Assembly (NCBI GenBank): GCA_013153685.1
Contig: JAADDX010000072.1
Location: 1-48,899, forward strand
Source: Campylobacterota bacterium
GTDB taxonomy: Bacteria > Campylobacterota > Campylobacteria > Campylobacterales > JAADDX01
Direction of reading: 5' to 3'
Length of the DNA stretch: 48,899 nt
How positions within the stretch are numbered: position 1 is the stretch's first letter; each line of letters begins with the position of its first letter. The notes below the pieces were generated by a model. That model searched no databases and was not told the DNA's origin. It saw only the letters and a list, made by a program, of their open reading frames with translations. Made by a program: the position numbers and the translations under genes. Positions 17,889-29,674 of this stretch are shown here, piece by piece.

Positions 17889-19072
17889 GGATTTATCAAG
17901 CTTATCAGTTAATGCTCACACACACCCAAAAAACCAACAAAGTAGAGGTTGTGCCTATTGAAGCAGCTAACAATAGAGTCTTGGCTATGAATGTGCAAGC
18001 ACCATTTGATATGCCCCGTTTTAACAACTCTGCAATGGACGGATATGGGATAAAACTCGCCGATAAAGGCAAAAAACTCAAACCGATATCAAAAACACTC
18101 GCGGGTGATGATGTCACCGCCATTACTCAAGGTCAATGTGTAAAAATCATGACAGGAGCAAAGGTTGATGATAGTATAGAAGCGGTTGTGCCTATTGAAG
18201 CAATTTCTAGGGAGGGTGAATATATACAATTTCCACATGATATCAAACCGCAAGCCAACATCAGACCCAAAGGGGAAGAATTTCACCAACACGATATACT
18301 TCTATACCAAGGGGAGGTATTAGACAGTGCCAAAATCGCTTTGCTTGCAAGTCTTGGAGTAACACACGTTAGGGTCTATCAAAAGCCAAATATTCTCATC
18401 TTATCTACCGGAAATGAGATAAAAAATCACTATGAACAAATCACCCAAACAGAACATTTTAATTCTAGTAGTTTATATTTCCAGCTAGAACCCTTAGCAA
18501 ATATGCACACACTAGATATCATACCAGATGATATCCATACTATTCAACAACACATCGATACTGATTATGACTTGATTATTTCCACCGGAGGAGTTAGCAA
18601 AGGGGATGCGGATTTTACTATAGAAGCATTTAGGCAAAAAGGGTATGATATCAAGTTCAATCTCATAGCCATCAAACCCGGTAAACCATTTGGTTTTGGG
18701 GTAAAGGATGGAAATATTGCTTGTTTGCTTACTGGAAATCCGCTAGCAGCCGTGTTGAATTATAATATATTCGTTCGCTCGATTATTAGGAAATTAGCCG
18801 GTTGTAAAGAGTATTATCTTGATTATATCAAACTCCCTACTACAAATCGCCTCCAAAGAAAAGCGGGCAGAGACGAAGCAATCCCAGTCAAACTTACCTC
18901 TGATGGAGTGGAATTATCTACTAAAAGAGGGAGTGGAATGATTAGTGTAATTGCACAAAATAACGGAATCGTAATAATAGACAAATCATTAGAGACAATC
19001 GAAGATAAAGTAGTAAAATTTATAGACTTCACAAGATGGAGCGAAGAATTTAGAGAGTTTATCTCCAATTAA
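17882..19072 (+). CDS. moeA: Molybdopterin molybdenumtransferase
   Basis: MDGYGI, STGNE and [11 protein letters not shown] motifs; about 400 aa MoeA architecture. Confidence 0.9.
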   Translation: MLGIYQAYQLMLTHTQKTNKVEVVPIEAANNRVLAMNVQAPFDMPRFNNSAMDGYGIKLADKGKKLKPISKTLAGDDVTAITQGQCVKIMTGAKVDDSIEAVVPIEAISREGEYIQFPHDIKPQANIRPKGEEFHQHDILLYQGEVLDSAKIALLASLGVTHVRVYQKPNILILSTGNEIKNHYEQITQTEHFNSSSLYFQLEPLANMHTLDIIPDDIHTIQQHIDTDYDLIISTGGVSKGDADFTIEAFRQKGYDIKFNLIAIKPGKPFGFGVKDGNIACLLTGNPLAAVLNYNIFVRSIIRKLAGCKEYYLDYIKLPTTNRLQRKAGRDEAIPVKLTSDGVELSTKRGSGMISVIAQNNGIVIIDKSLETIEDKVVKFIDFTRWSEEFREFISN

Positions 19073-19851
19073 CCTCTAAATTCAATCAATCCTTCAGTTG
19101 GACTACTTGCCGTAGCAAACGGCTTTTTAGCTATTCTTCCAGCAAGATAACTATTTCTACCAGCTCTTACTGCATCCTTCATAGCTTGTGCCATCAAAAT
19201 CGGATTTTGTGCTTGGGCAATAGCGGTATTAGTAAGCACACCATCAGCACCAATCTCCATCGCAATAGCGGCATCACTAGCACACCCTATTCCAGCATCC
19301 ACAATTACCGGCACTTTTACCGCTTCTTTTACAAATAATACGTTATATCTATTTTGGATACCAAGTCCACTTCCAATCGGTGCAGCAAGAGGCATCACAG
19401 CAGCAGCCCCAGCATCTTCGAGTCTTTTAGCCATAATAGGATCATCATTGGTATAAGCCATGATAGTAAAATCCTCTTTTGCTAGAACTTCACAAGCTTT
19501 TAGTGTCTCTAATACATCTGGATAGAGAGTCTTAGCTGTATCTCCAATCACTTCAAGTTTAATAATATCAATACCTGTTGCTTCTTTTACCAATCTAAAT
19601 GTGGTAATAGCCTCTTGAGCAGTTACACATCCAGCACTGTTTGGGAGGATTTGAACGTTTGTATCTTTGAAATAATCCATCAAATTTTCTTCATTTGGAT
19701 CAGTGATATTCACCCTTCTTACCGCCACAGTAATCATTTCCGCTTCGCTTGCAAGCGTAGCATCTCTTGTAGTCTGGAAATCCGGATACTTTCCGCTTCC
19801 TACTATTAATCTAGATTTAAATTCATACTTTCCTATCTTTAGCGTATCCAT
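19069..19851 (-). CDS. thiG: Thiazole synthase
   Basis: [23 protein letters not shown] and [18 protein letters not shown] motifs. ATG at 19851 chosen; the 26-codon extension in the ORF track is intergenic read-through. Confidence 0.93.
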   Translation of the reverse strand: MDTLKIGKYEFKSRLIVGSGKYPDFQTTRDATLASEAEMITVAVRRVNITDPNEENLMDYFKDTNVQILPNSAGCVTAQEAITTFRLVKEATGIDIIKLEVIGDTAKTLYPDVLETLKACEVLAKEDFTIMAYTNDDPIMAKRLEDAGAAAVMPLAAPIGSGLGIQNRYNVLFVKEAVKVPVIVDAGIGCASDAAIAMEIGADGVLTNTAIAQAQNPILMAQAMKDAVRAGRNSYLAGRIAKKPFATASSPTEGLIEFRG

Positions 19852-19942
19852 AATTATCCTTTTGTTTTTTTTGGAATTATATCCAAAAAACATGCTAAAA
19901 CTAAAAAAGTTTTGGAATTTGGACTGCATTTGAATAAAATTT

Positions 19943-19951
19943 TGTTAAAAT
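19943..19951 (+). promoter_or_regulatory. Putative extended -10 promoter (TGTTAAAAT) for pheST
   Basis: A TGnTAAAAT element lies 25 nt upstream of the pheS ATG. Confidence 0.4.
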
Positions 19952-19975
19952 TAGCAAAAAAGTTTAAGGGGTATT

Positions 19976-20965
19976 ATGATTGATTTATCAAAAATTCAAA
20001 AAGCACTGCATCTAGACGAACTTGAAAAGATTAGAGTCGAGTTGCTTGGAAAAAATGGTGTAATCACCAAAGAATTCAAAAGAATGAAGGAAATTCCAAA
20101 CGAACAAAAAAAGGAATTTGCAAAAAATTTAAACGAACTTAAAAACAAAGCGATGGAATTAATCGCTCAGAAAAAATCACAACTAGAAGAACAAGCTCTA
20201 GAAGAGCAGCTTCAAGCAGAAAAAATTGATGTAAGTTTATATTCAAACAGAAGTGAGATAGGTGCACTTCACCCGGTGCAAATGACAATGGATAAGATTA
20301 TAGATTTTTTTGTAAAGCTGAATTTTTCAGTAGAAACCGGACCATTGATTGAGGATGATTTTCACAATTTTGAAGCATTAAATTTACCAAAATATCATCC
20401 GGCAAGAGATATGCAAGATACGTTTTATATGAATGATGGGATGTTACTTAGAACACACACAAGTCCAGTACAGATTAGAACCATGAAAAAACAAAAACCA
20501 CCTATTAGGATGATAAGCCCAGGGGCTGTATTTAGAAGAGATTATGACCTGACACATACACCTATGTTTCACCAAGTAGAAGGGCTTGTAGTAGAAGATA
20601 AAGATAAAGTAAGCTTTGCAAACCTCAAATTTATGTTAGAGAGTTTTTTAGTGGAAATGTTTGGGGATGTAAAAGTGAGATTTAGACCTTCGTTTTTCCC
20701 TTTTACAGAACCTAGTGCGGAAGCCGATATTAGTTGTATTTTTTGTAAAGGGGAAGGATGTAGGGTGTGTTCACATACCGGTTGGCTTGAAGTATTAGGA
20801 TGCGGTATTGTAGATCCAAACGTATTTAAAGCCGTAGGATACGAAAATGTAAGTGGTTATGCCTTTGGGCTTGGTGTAGAGAGATTTGCTATGTTAATGT
20901 ATGGAATTAACGATCTAAGAAGCATGTATGAAGGAGATTTAAGACTTATGGAGCAATTCAAATGA
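19976..20965 (+). CDS. pheS: Phenylalanyl-tRNA synthetase alpha subunit
   Basis: [24 protein letters not shown] and GFAFG-like ([11 protein letters not shown]) class II motifs. Confidence 0.97.
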   Translation: MIDLSKIQKALHLDELEKIRVELLGKNGVITKEFKRMKEIPNEQKKEFAKNLNELKNKAMELIAQKKSQLEEQALEEQLQAEKIDVSLYSNRSEIGALHPVQMTMDKIIDFFVKLNFSVETGPLIEDDFHNFEALNLPKYHPARDMQDTFYMNDGMLLRTHTSPVQIRTMKKQKPPIRMISPGAVFRRDYDLTHTPMFHQVEGLVVEDKDKVSFANLKFMLESFLVEMFGDVKVRFRPSFFPFTEPSAEADISCIFCKGEGCRVCSHTGWLEVLGCGIVDPNVFKAVGYENVSGYAFGLGVERFAMLMYGINDLRSMYEGDLRLMEQFK

Positions 20966-23235
20966 TAGTAACAAGAAAATGGTTAGAGGAATTTATAAAT
21001 TTAGATAATATTTCCACAGACGAGATTGTAAAGAATCTAAATTCAATCGGGCAAGAAGTAGAAGGATTAACTCATATTAGAATACCTCAAAAAGTGGTAG
21101 TAGGATATGTAGAATCATGCCTCAAACACCCAGATGCTGACAAACTCAACATATGCCAAGTAAACGTAGGAGAGCAAACGCTTCAGATTATTTGCGGTGC
21201 CAAAAACGTAGCTCAAGGGCAATATGTAGCAGTAAGCTTGGTAGGAGCCGTGTTACCAGGAAATTTTAAGATTAAAAAAGCAAAATTAAGAGGGGTAGAG
21301 AGCGTGGGGATGATTTGTTCATCTACCGAACTTGGATTGCCGCCTATGGAAGATGGGATAATGGTGCTAGATAACTCAATCGGCAACCTAACCGTAGGTG
21401 AAGAAGTAAGCAAATATTTAGACGATGATGTAATCGAGCTTGGTATCACGCCAAATAGAGGGGATTGTTTTTCAATTTTTGGAATTGCTAGAGAATTGAG
21501 TGCTAAATTTAATATTCCGCTAAAAGAGGTAGAAGATTATGAAGATGATAAAAACGCAGAAGGACTAGGAAGAATCCTACAATTAGATGATGATATCAAC
21601 AATTCCTCACACTTGCTAAAAGCGGTAAATTGCCAAAAAGTCAATATCCCTTTTAAAATCAAATACAGACTAGCTCTTACTCAAGAGGAAATTACAAATA
21701 CTATGTTGGATTATGCGACATACACCACAGTAGCAACGGGCGTAATTGTAACAATTTATGATAATTGCAAAAAACTTATCATCAAAGAAGAAGACGGTAT
21801 TGATATTGTAAAAACGGATGATGAGATTTTATATCAAACTGGATTGAAATTATTTAAAAAACCATCGCAAAATCAGGGAGATTTTATTATAGATGCGAAT
21901 TTTGTATTACCAGAATATATCTCAACACTAGTGTATGAGAAAAAACTTCAAACAGATAATATATTCTTTAGAAGTAGTAGAGGGAGTAATCCAAACTTAA
22001 AATTCGCTATCAACTATATCCTCAAAGAATTATGCACCAATGGAGCAAAAGTATATAACGGAACGTACGATTTGACTAAAGATTTAGAAGAGAAGATTAT
22101 CAATGTCCAGATCAGAGACATATACGCAATTATTGGGGAAATAATAGATGAGAATGTAATTGCTAATATCCTTAATAAATTACAAATCAAAACTACAATG
22201 GATAACAGCGATAAAACATTAAGACTCAAAATACCTACATTTAGACATGATTTAGCCAACAAATTCGATATCGCAGAGGAAGTATTGAGAATATACGGTA
22301 TTGATAGGCTTACTTCAAAACCATTGGTATTTGCGGAGAAAGTCCGCAAAGGGCAATACGACTATATTACCAAAATCAAGCATTTAAGACTAAAATCAAT
22401 TGCTAATGGTTTTTTTGAAGTGTTACACTTTATCTTTGATAATTCACAAAGAATGAAAAAATACGGTTTTACTATGATGGATGAGAAGCTAGATATCCTC
22501 AATCCAATAGTTAGCGAGCTTGATACCCTAAGACAAACATTAATCTTACAAATGTTACAAAGTGCTACTAACAACAAAAATAACGGTTACAAAAAAATCC
22601 CACTCTTTGCGGTAGGAAGTGTATATAATCACTTACGAGAAGAATACCAAAAAATTGGATTTGTATGGAGTGGAGCAAGATGTAATGAGAATATTACTAT
22701 CTCCAAACCAAAAGATATCTCATTTGCACAATTTGTAAATAAGATTGCTAAAATTATCGGAGATTTTGAACTAAAAGAAGATAAGCATATCCTCCTAGCT
22801 CACCCTTATCAAAGTGCAAAAGTGTTGATCGAGGGAGTTGAGGTAGGTTATATTGCTAAATTGCATCCAAAAATTGCCAAAGATTTTGATTTGGATGATA
22901 CGTTTATTGCGGAGTTTTTTATCGATTTACTACCAAATAAAGAATATTTAGCACAAGACATCATCAAATACCAAAAATCAACAAGAGATTTAAGTATCGT
23001 AATTGATAAGGATATCACATATTCTACCATCAGAGAAATTATCAACGACTTACATATCAAAGATATTATCGAATTTTATCCAATAGATATATTTGATCTG
23101 GTAGATAAAAATTCACTTACAATTAGATTCGTATTACAAAACCCAATGAAATCATTAACTGATGAGGAAATTAACGAGATTATCGAACAAATACTCAAAA
23201 CTCTTGAAGAAAAAATAGGTGCAAAATTAAGATAA
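20962..23235 (+). CDS. pheT: Phenylalanyl-tRNA synthetase beta subunit
   Basis: 757 aa with an N-terminal tRNA-binding domain ([15 protein letters not shown]) and B3/4 and B5 regions. The ATG overlaps the pheS stop. Confidence 0.95.
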   Translation: MIVTRKWLEEFINLDNISTDEIVKNLNSIGQEVEGLTHIRIPQKVVVGYVESCLKHPDADKLNICQVNVGEQTLQIICGAKNVAQGQYVAVSLVGAVLPGNFKIKKAKLRGVESVGMICSSTELGLPPMEDGIMVLDNSIGNLTVGEEVSKYLDDDVIELGITPNRGDCFSIFGIARELSAKFNIPLKEVEDYEDDKNAEGLGRILQLDDDINNSSHLLKAVNCQKVNIPFKIKYRLALTQEEITNTMLDYATYTTVATGVIVTIYDNCKKLIIKEEDGIDIVKTDDEILYQTGLKLFKKPSQNQGDFIIDANFVLPEYISTLVYEKKLQTDNIFFRSSRGSNPNLKFAINYILKELCTNGAKVYNGTYDLTKDLEEKIINVQIRDIYAIIGEIIDENVIANILNKLQIKTTMDNSDKTLRLKIPTFRHDLANKFDIAEEVLRIYGIDRLTSKPLVFAEKVRKGQYDYITKIKHLRLKSIANGFFEVLHFIFDNSQRMKKYGFTMMDEKLDILNPIVSELDTLRQTLILQMLQSATNNKNNGYKKIPLFAVGSVYNHLREEYQKIGFVWSGARCNENITISKPKDISFAQFVNKIAKIIGDFELKEDKHILLAHPYQSAKVLIEGVEVGYIAKLHPKIAKDFDLDDTFIAEFFIDLLPNKEYLAQDIIKYQKSTRDLSIVIDKDITYSTIREIINDLHIKDIIEFYPIDIFDLVDKNSLTIRFVLQNPMKSLTDEEINEIIEQILKTLEEKIGAKLR

Positions 23236-23246
23236 AGGAGCTAATA

Positions 23247-24278
23247 ATGTATAATGTAGCAGTAGTAGGAGCCACGGGAGCGGTTGGTGAAGAACTTTTT
23301 AAAGTGATAGAAGAATACAATATTCCAGTCAAAAAAATGGTTCCGCTTGCAAGTGCAAGAAGTGTAGGTAAAGAGATCGAATTTGCCGCAAATAAATACA
23401 AAGTAAAAGAACTCACATGTGAAGTGTTTGAACAAGAGGAAATTGATATAGCTTTTTTTAGTGCTGGAGGAAGCGTAAGTGCCAAATTCGCTCCATGTGC
23501 CGCAAGTGCTGGAGCGGTGGTGATAGATAACACAAGCCACTTTAGGATGGATAAAGATATCCCGTTAGTAGTACCGGAAATCAATCCAGAAGATATCGCT
23601 TTGTGGCAAAAAAGAGGGATTATCGCCAATCCAAACTGCTCTACTATTCAAATGGTATTAGCTCTTAAACCACTACATGACGCGTTTAATATCAAAAGAG
23701 TAGATGTTGCTACATACCAAGCTACCAGCGGGGCTGGAAAGAAGGGGATGGAAGAGTTGATGAATCAAATGCAAGCGATATTTAATTTTAAACTAGATAA
23801 AGAGGTAGAGAAAAAAGAAGTATTTGCTCATCAAATAGCACTCAACGTAATCCCACATATTGATAGATTCATGGACAATGGATATACCAAAGAAGAGATG
23901 AAAATGGTAAATGAGACCAATAAAATCATGCACACAAACATCGCAGTGAGTGCTACATGTGTAAGAGTGCCGGTATTAAGAAGCCATAGTGAAGCTATCA
24001 CAATTCATTGTGAAAAAGATGTGGATGTAGAGATAGCTAGAAAAGTATTAAATGACTTTGAAGATGTAGAAGTGATGGATGATGTAGAAAAAAACATATA
24101 TCCTATGCCAATTATCGCAACAGATACAGATATTACGTATGTAGGGAGAATAAGAAAAGATATCTTTGATAGTAAAATATTGCACTTGTGGGTGGTTGCA
24201 GACCAAGTAAGAGTCGGTGCAGCAACTAATGCAGTAAGAATCGCTAAAAAATGGATAGAACTAGAGGGTAACAAATGA
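23247..24278 (+). CDS. asd: Aspartate-semialdehyde dehydrogenase
   Basis: VAVVGATGAVGEE Rossmann motif, active-site NPNCSTIQM and SGAGKKGMEEL. Confidence 0.95.
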   Translation: MYNVAVVGATGAVGEELFKVIEEYNIPVKKMVPLASARSVGKEIEFAANKYKVKELTCEVFEQEEIDIAFFSAGGSVSAKFAPCAASAGAVVIDNTSHFRMDKDIPLVVPEINPEDIALWQKRGIIANPNCSTIQMVLALKPLHDAFNIKRVDVATYQATSGAGKKGMEELMNQMQAIFNFKLDKEVEKKEVFAHQIALNVIPHIDRFMDNGYTKEEMKMVNETNKIMHTNIAVSATCVRVPVLRSHSEAITIHCEKDVDVEIARKVLNDFEDVEVMDDVEKNIYPMPIIATDTDITYVGRIRKDIFDSKILHLWVVADQVRVGAATNAVRIAKKWIELEGNK

Positions 24279-24793
24279 AACTCATAGAAGCTATCTTTGA
24301 AGCGATGCTTTGGAGGAGTCGATTTGTAGTTATTCTTGCGGTGATTTTTGCCGTGCTTGGTGCAATTGCACTCTTTGTAGTAGCGAGTGCGGATATTTGG
24401 AATATGGTAGTAGTGACATGGGATGTATTTATCAATCATCTACATCCTAACAATTTCCACGAACAACTAATCGGCAAAATCATCGGTGCGATTGATTTGT
24501 ATCTTATTGCGGTTGTATTGTTGATATTTGCATTTGGGATATACGAATTGTTTATCAGTGCAATAGATGAAGCAGATAGTAGCGAAGTTGGTAATAGCAT
24601 TTTGGCGGTGCATAGTTTGGATGAGCTTAAATCAAAGCTTGGAAATGTGATTGTGATGGTGCTAATTGTGGTGTTTTTCAAAAAGGTAATTCACATGCAC
24701 TTTGAAGCACCTATTGATATGCTATATTTAGCAGGTGGGATTTTTGCATTGGCTTTGTCTTTGTATTTTATGCATAAATCCAACGAACATTAA
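24275..24793 (+). CDS. YqhA family (UPF0114) membrane protein
   Basis: 172 aa, four predicted TM segments. The N-terminal EAMLWRSRFVVILAVIF pattern is typical of UPF0114. Confidence 0.7.
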   Translation: MKLIEAIFEAMLWRSRFVVILAVIFAVLGAIALFVVASADIWNMVVVTWDVFINHLHPNNFHEQLIGKIIGAIDLYLIAVVLLIFAFGIYELFISAIDEADSSEVGNSILAVHSLDELKSKLGNVIVMVLIVVFFKKVIHMHFEAPIDMLYLAGGIFALALSLYFMHKSNEH

Positions 24794-24803
24794 AGGATAA
24801 GCC

Positions 24804-25739
24804 ATGTTGTATTTAGATTTTGAAAAAAAGATTGAGGAGATACAAAAAGAATTGGAAGTTGCTAAAATCAAAAATGATGAAGCAGCCGTAGCTTTGTATC
24901 AAAAAGAGCTTGATAGTGAGATTAAAAAAACATACTCAAACCTCACACCATACCAAAAACTCCAATTAGCAAGACATCAAGATAGACCTCATGCTATTGA
25001 TTATATCGATATGATTATGACTAATAAATACGAAATTCACGGTGATAGACATTTTGCTGATGATAAAGCTATCATAGCTTTTATGGGATATATCGATGAT
25101 CAAAAAACAATTGTTATCGCTGAAGAAAAAGGGAGAGGAACTAAAGATAAAATATACAGAAATTTCGGTATGCCCAATCCAGAAGGCTACAGAAAAGCTC
25201 TAAGAATAGCGTTGCTAGCGGAGAAGTTTGATATTCCAGTATTGTTTTTGATAGATACTCCCGGTGCATTTCCTGGAATCGGGGCTGAAGAGAGAGGACA
25301 GAGTGAGGCGATTGCCAAAAACTTATTTGAACTTGCCAATCTAAAAGTCCCTACAGTCTCTATCGTAATCGGTGAAGGTGGAAGTGGTGGTGCTTTGGCT
25401 ATTGGTGTAGCCGATAAGATAGCAATGATGAAATACTCTGTATTTAGCGTGATATCGCCAGAAGGGTGTGCGGCTATTTTGTGGGGTGATAATACCAAGA
25501 TACAAACAGCTACAAAAGCACTCAAAATCTCAGCAGAAGATTTAAAAGAAGAAGAGTTGATAGACGATATTATAGATGAACCGCTAGAAGGTGCACACAG
25601 AAATCCACAAGAAGCAGCAAACAACCTAAAAGAATATTACCTCAAAACGATTTCCCAACTAAAACAACTCCCAAAAGACGAGCTAATCCAAAAAAGATAT
25701 GAAAAATACCTAAATTATGGAAAATACAAAGAGGAGTAA
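24804..25739 (+). CDS. accA: Acetyl-CoA carboxylase carboxyltransferase alpha subunit
   Basis: [23 protein letters not shown] and [12 protein letters not shown] motifs. Confidence 0.95.
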   Translation: MLYLDFEKKIEEIQKELEVAKIKNDEAAVALYQKELDSEIKKTYSNLTPYQKLQLARHQDRPHAIDYIDMIMTNKYEIHGDRHFADDKAIIAFMGYIDDQKTIVIAEEKGRGTKDKIYRNFGMPNPEGYRKALRIALLAEKFDIPVLFLIDTPGAFPGIGAEERGQSEAIAKNLFELANLKVPTVSIVIGEGGSGGALAIGVADKIAMMKYSVFSVISPEGCAAILWGDNTKIQTATKALKISAEDLKEEELIDDIIDEPLEGAHRNPQEAANNLKEYYLKTISQLKQLPKDELIQKRYEKYLNYGKYKEE

Positions 25740-27522
25740 ATATTATGAATGTGCCATTATAGGCACTTCTTTTAGTTTTACTTATGAAGGTGATGATGAA
25801 TTTGAGTTATTTGATATAGTATCATTACCGCTGAAGAATTCTACCAAGCAAGCTGTGATTATCGATATTAAAGATAGCGTATCATTTGAATGCAAAAAAA
25901 TAAAATCGCTAATTTACCGACCCACTCAAAAAGAGATAGAATTTATCAAATTTATCAAAGAGTATTATTTTGCGACATACGGTGAAGTTGTGGCGTTGTT
26001 TAATTTCATCCCCAACACACTCACTCACACCCCTACTTTGCAAACCGATATAACCCTAACACCCAAACAAACACAAGCTTTGCAATTTTGTCAAAATAAT
26101 CAAATCTCCATCTTATTTGGAGATACTGGAAGTGGGAAGACGGAAATTTATATCAAATTTATCCAAGATATACTCAATCAAGGCAAAAATGCGATATTTC
26201 TATTACCAGAAATTGCTATCACATCGCAAATAGAAAAACGACTCAAAAAACATTTTCACGATTTAGTAGCCATTTGGCACTCCAAAATCACCAAAACCAA
26301 AAAACAACAAATACTACAACAAATCCAAGAAGGCAAAATCAAAATACTAGCTGGTGCTAGAAGTGCGTTGTTTGTAGGGATGCCTAATATTGGTGTGATT
26401 ATAGTAGATGAATGTCATGATGATAGCTACAAATCACAAACTATCCCCATGTATAATGCCAAAGACTTAGCTATCTATCAAGCCAAACTACACAATGCTC
26501 ACGCCATTTTAGGGAGTGCTACGCCATTGGTAAGCGATATTTATAAACACAAGTATTTTAGGCTTAGAGGAAATTTTGCCAATACACAAAATAAAGTTTC
26601 ATTTATTACTAATTTTGCAGATAGTTTTGCAGATATCAAACACACACTAAAAAACAAAGGGCAAGTTATCATTTTTATCCCAACAAGAGCAAACTTCAAA
26701 TATATGATTTGTGCTAAATGTGCCAAGGCTATTAAATGTCCATTTTGCGATGTAGGTATGAGTATACACTCCAAAGAACGCATCCTCAAGTGTCACTACT
26801 GCAGCTACGCTACACAAATCCCGCAAACTTGCCCAAATTGCGGTAGCGATGAATTCTTAAATGAGAGAATTGGTAGTAGTGAGATTGTGGAAATTTTAAA
26901 AGAGCATTTTGACGCATCTATTCAAAAATTCGATAGAGATATTATCACTTCCAAATCCAGAATAGATAAAATCCTCAAAGATTTCCACAACAAAAAAATC
27001 GATATCCTAGTAGGTACACAAATGCTCTCAAAAGGGCATGATTATGATGTGGATTTGGCTATTATACTAGATATTGATTTTATATTAAACATGTCCGATT
27101 TTAGAGCACGAGAAAAAGCCCTCTCTTTAGCGGTGCAAGTAGCCGGTAGAGCCGGTAGAAGAAAAAATGCTAAAGTACTTATTCAAACGCTCAATCAAGA
27201 TTTTTTCAAATTAAGTTATGATGAATTTATCAAAGAGGAGTTAGAATTTCGAAAAGAGCTAAAATATCCTCCATTTTGTAACCTCATCAAGTTGGAATTT
27301 TCTAACAAAGACCAAAATAAAGCCTACAATGAGATGATGAAGGTTAAGACTTGTTTAGAAAAAAAGATGGAAATACTTGGATTTGGTGAGAGTCCTATTA
27401 GTAAAATAGCCAATAAATACCGATATCAAATATTACTAAAAGCCAATCGTTTCTTGCAAAACATCTGGGCATGCAAAACAGAACATACCAAAGTGGATGT
27501 TAATCCTGTGAATTTTGTATAA
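25717..27522 (+). CDS. priA: Primosomal replication protein N' (PriA helicase)
   Basis: Walker [15 protein letters not shown] box and the zinc-binding cysteine cluster CAKC...CPFC...CHYC...CPNCGS. Confidence 0.92.
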   Translation: MENTKRSKYYECAIIGTSFSFTYEGDDEFELFDIVSLPLKNSTKQAVIIDIKDSVSFECKKIKSLIYRPTQKEIEFIKFIKEYYFATYGEVVALFNFIPNTLTHTPTLQTDITLTPKQTQALQFCQNNQISILFGDTGSGKTEIYIKFIQDILNQGKNAIFLLPEIAITSQIEKRLKKHFHDLVAIWHSKITKTKKQQILQQIQEGKIKILAGARSALFVGMPNIGVIIVDECHDDSYKSQTIPMYNAKDLAIYQAKLHNAHAILGSATPLVSDIYKHKYFRLRGNFANTQNKVSFITNFADSFADIKHTLKNKGQVIIFIPTRANFKYMICAKCAKAIKCPFCDVGMSIHSKERILKCHYCSYATQIPQTCPNCGSDEFLNERIGSSEIVEILKEHFDASIQKFDRDIITSKSRIDKILKDFHNKKIDILVGTQMLSKGHDYDVDLAIILDIDFILNMSDFRAREKALSLAVQVAGRAGRRKNAKVLIQTLNQDFFKLSYDEFIKEELEFRKELKYPPFCNLIKLEFSNKDQNKAYNEMMKVKTCLEKKMEILGFGESPISKIANKYRYQILLKANRFLQNIWACKTEHTKVDVNPVNFV

Positions 27523-27533
27523 CACAAAACTTT

Positions 27534-27542
27534 TGATATAAT
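27534..27542 (+). promoter_or_regulatory. Putative extended -10 promoter (TGATATAAT) for rlpA
   Basis: Exact TGnTATAAT 24 nt upstream of the rlpA ATG, preceded by a T-run. Confidence 0.5.
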
Positions 27543-27565
27543 TATCCAAAAGCTAAAGGAACTTT

Positions 27566-28342
27566 ATGATTCTACTCAGTATCGCGATTTTTATTTTATT
27601 TTTAGGTTGTTCTAATAGTGATATTAGTCTTACTCCCTATTACTCGTCTAATTACAACGTTTATTCCGATTTCTCCAAACCACACCGCAGTGCTAAGCTC
27701 AAACCTTACAAAGTAAAAGGTGTATGGTATTATCCAAGATACGTAAGCGTGGGAGAGGTATTTAAGGGAATTGCTAGTTGGTATGGTCCAAATTTCCACG
27801 GTAAACTTACAGCAAACGGTGAGATTTACAATATGTATGCATACACTGCGGCAAATAAATTTATGCCGATGAATACGATAGTAAAGGTTACTAATCTTAA
27901 CAATTTTAAAAGTGTTATCGTAAGGATTAACGATAGAGGACCTTTTGTTAAAGGAAGGATTATTGATTTAAGTTATGCTGCTGGGAAAAAAATCGGTCTT
28001 GATAAGAGTGGGACTGCTCCGGTGGAGTTGGAAGTATTAAGAGTAGCGTATAAAAATCCAAAAAAACTAAAACAAACAACTATTAAGACCGATATAGGTA
28101 ACATTAAGCTTGCATTACACCCCAAACATACTAAAAAATACAAAATACAAGTAGGGGTTTTCAAACATTTAAGTGGTGCAAAAATTTTCAAAAGAGAATT
28201 TGGAAATATGGTAAACAAACGAGTATACATCAAAAAATCACACCACAAATACAAAGTATTTATCGGTGATTTTAGCTCATACAAACAAGCCAAAGCATTC
28301 AAACAAAGAAATTCAATCAAAGGATTTATTACTCATGACTGA
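27566..28342 (+). CDS. rlpA: Septal ring lytic transglycosylase RlpA family lipoprotein with C-terminal SPOR domain
   Basis: Lipobox LFLGC. DPBB domain [22 protein letters not shown]...VRINDRGPF. The C-terminal YKIQVGVF...[14 protein letters not shown] resembles a SPOR domain. Confidence 0.88.
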   Translation: MILLSIAIFILFLGCSNSDISLTPYYSSNYNVYSDFSKPHRSAKLKPYKVKGVWYYPRYVSVGEVFKGIASWYGPNFHGKLTANGEIYNMYAYTAANKFMPMNTIVKVTNLNNFKSVIVRINDRGPFVKGRIIDLSYAAGKKIGLDKSGTAPVELEVLRVAYKNPKKLKQTTIKTDIGNIKLALHPKHTKKYKIQVGVFKHLSGAKIFKREFGNMVNKRVYIKKSHHKYKVFIGDFSSYKQAKAFKQRNSIKGFITHD

Positions 28343-28904
28343 AATTACAAGAAAAACCAGAGAAACACACGTAGAAGTTAGAATCAATTTGCATGGAGAA
28401 GGTAGAAGTCATATCTCAACTGGTATAGGATTTTTTGACCATATGTTAGAAACATTAGCAAAACATAGCCAGATAGATATGGAAATATTTTGTGAGGGGG
28501 ATGTGTATGTGGATTATCACCATTCGGTAGAAGATGTGGGAATTGTCCTAGGAGAGGCTTTGCATAAAGAGATATTTCCGATACAAAACATCGAGAGATT
28601 CGGCAATGCTTGTGCTATCTTGGATGAAGCAGGTGTTGAGTGTGATATCGACTTGGGAGGTAGAGCGTATTTAGTCTATGAAGTACCCACAGAAGGGGTA
28701 ATTAAGGATTTTGATATGGAGCTTGTAGAGGAGTTTTTCAAAAGCTTATGCACAAACGCCAAAATAGCGTGCCATCTGGTATACAAAAGAGGCAAAAACA
28801 AACACCATATAATAGAATCCGCTTTTAAATCATTTGCACTAGCCCTAAGAAGAGCCCTAGCCTATCAAGACAACAACATCCCTTCAACAAAGGGTGTAAT
28901 TTGA
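28335..28904 (+). CDS. hisB: Imidazoleglycerol-phosphate dehydratase
   Basis: [31 protein letters not shown] and [12 protein letters not shown] motifs. The ATG at 28335 overlaps the rlpA end by 8 nt. Confidence 0.93.
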   Translation: MTEITRKTRETHVEVRINLHGEGRSHISTGIGFFDHMLETLAKHSQIDMEIFCEGDVYVDYHHSVEDVGIVLGEALHKEIFPIQNIERFGNACAILDEAGVECDIDLGGRAYLVYEVPTEGVIKDFDMELVEEFFKSLCTNAKIACHLVYKRGKNKHHIIESAFKSFALALRRALAYQDNNIPSTKGVI

Positions 28905-29662
28905 ACTACTTAGCAAAAAGAATCATCCCTTGTTTGGATGTAAAAGATGGTAGGGTTGTAAAGGGTGTGAATTTCGTCGGATTAAGAGATGCGGGTGATC
29001 CGGTAGAAGCCGCGATTAGATACAATCAAGAAGGTGCCGATGAGTTGACATTTTTAGATATTACCGCAAGCCATGAAGAGAGAGATACGATTGTAGATAT
29101 CGTAAAAGAGGTAGCCAAAGAGGTATTTATCCCTTTGACCGTAGGTGGTGGGATACGAAAGCTTGATGATATTTACAAACTACTAAATGTAGGATGTGAT
29201 AAGGTGAGTATCAACTCAGCCGCGGTAACAAATCCGAATTTTATAAACGAAGGAGCCAAAAGATTTGGATCACAATGTATCGTAGTGGCTATCGATGTCA
29301 AACAAATTGCCCCAAATAAGTGGAACGTCTTTGTTAAAGGTGGTAGAGAAGATACTGGGATTGATGCGATAGAATGGGCAAAAGAAGTGGTTGATAGAGG
29401 AGCTGGAGAGATACTACTCACTTCCATGGATGCAGACGGAACCAAACAAGGCTTTGATATACCTATTACAAAAATAATTTCAGAGCTTGTAAATGTGCCG
29501 GTGATTGCAAGTGGAGGTGCCGGTAGGATGGAGCATTTTACCGAAGTATTTCAACATAGTGCTGATGCCGCACTAGCGGCTAGTATTTTTCATTTTAGGG
29601 AAATAGATATAATAGCACTCAAACAATATTTACAACAACAAAACATAAATGTGAGATTATAA
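28901..29662 (+). CDS. hisF: Imidazole glycerol phosphate synthase cyclase subunit
   Basis: [23 protein letters not shown] and ASGGAG motifs. The TTG start overlaps the hisB TGA. Confidence 0.95.
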   Translation: MNYLAKRIIPCLDVKDGRVVKGVNFVGLRDAGDPVEAAIRYNQEGADELTFLDITASHEERDTIVDIVKEVAKEVFIPLTVGGGIRKLDDIYKLLNVGCDKVSINSAAVTNPNFINEGAKRFGSQCIVVAIDVKQIAPNKWNVFVKGGREDTGIDAIEWAKEVVDRGAGEILLTSMDADGTKQGFDIPITKIISELVNVPVIASGGAGRMEHFTEVFQHSADAALAASIFHFREIDIIALKQYLQQQNINVRL

Positions 29663-29674
29663 GGAGTAATTGTT

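Noticed and set aside
19852-19975. TPP riboswitch upstream of thiG, or T-box/attenuator leaders upstream of valS and pheS
   Set aside because: The thiG leader is only about 25 nt after the predicted -10, and no CTGAGA/ACCTGA-type TPP core is present. The pheS leader is about 20 nt. The valS leader (about 50 nt) shows no specifier or terminator hairpins.
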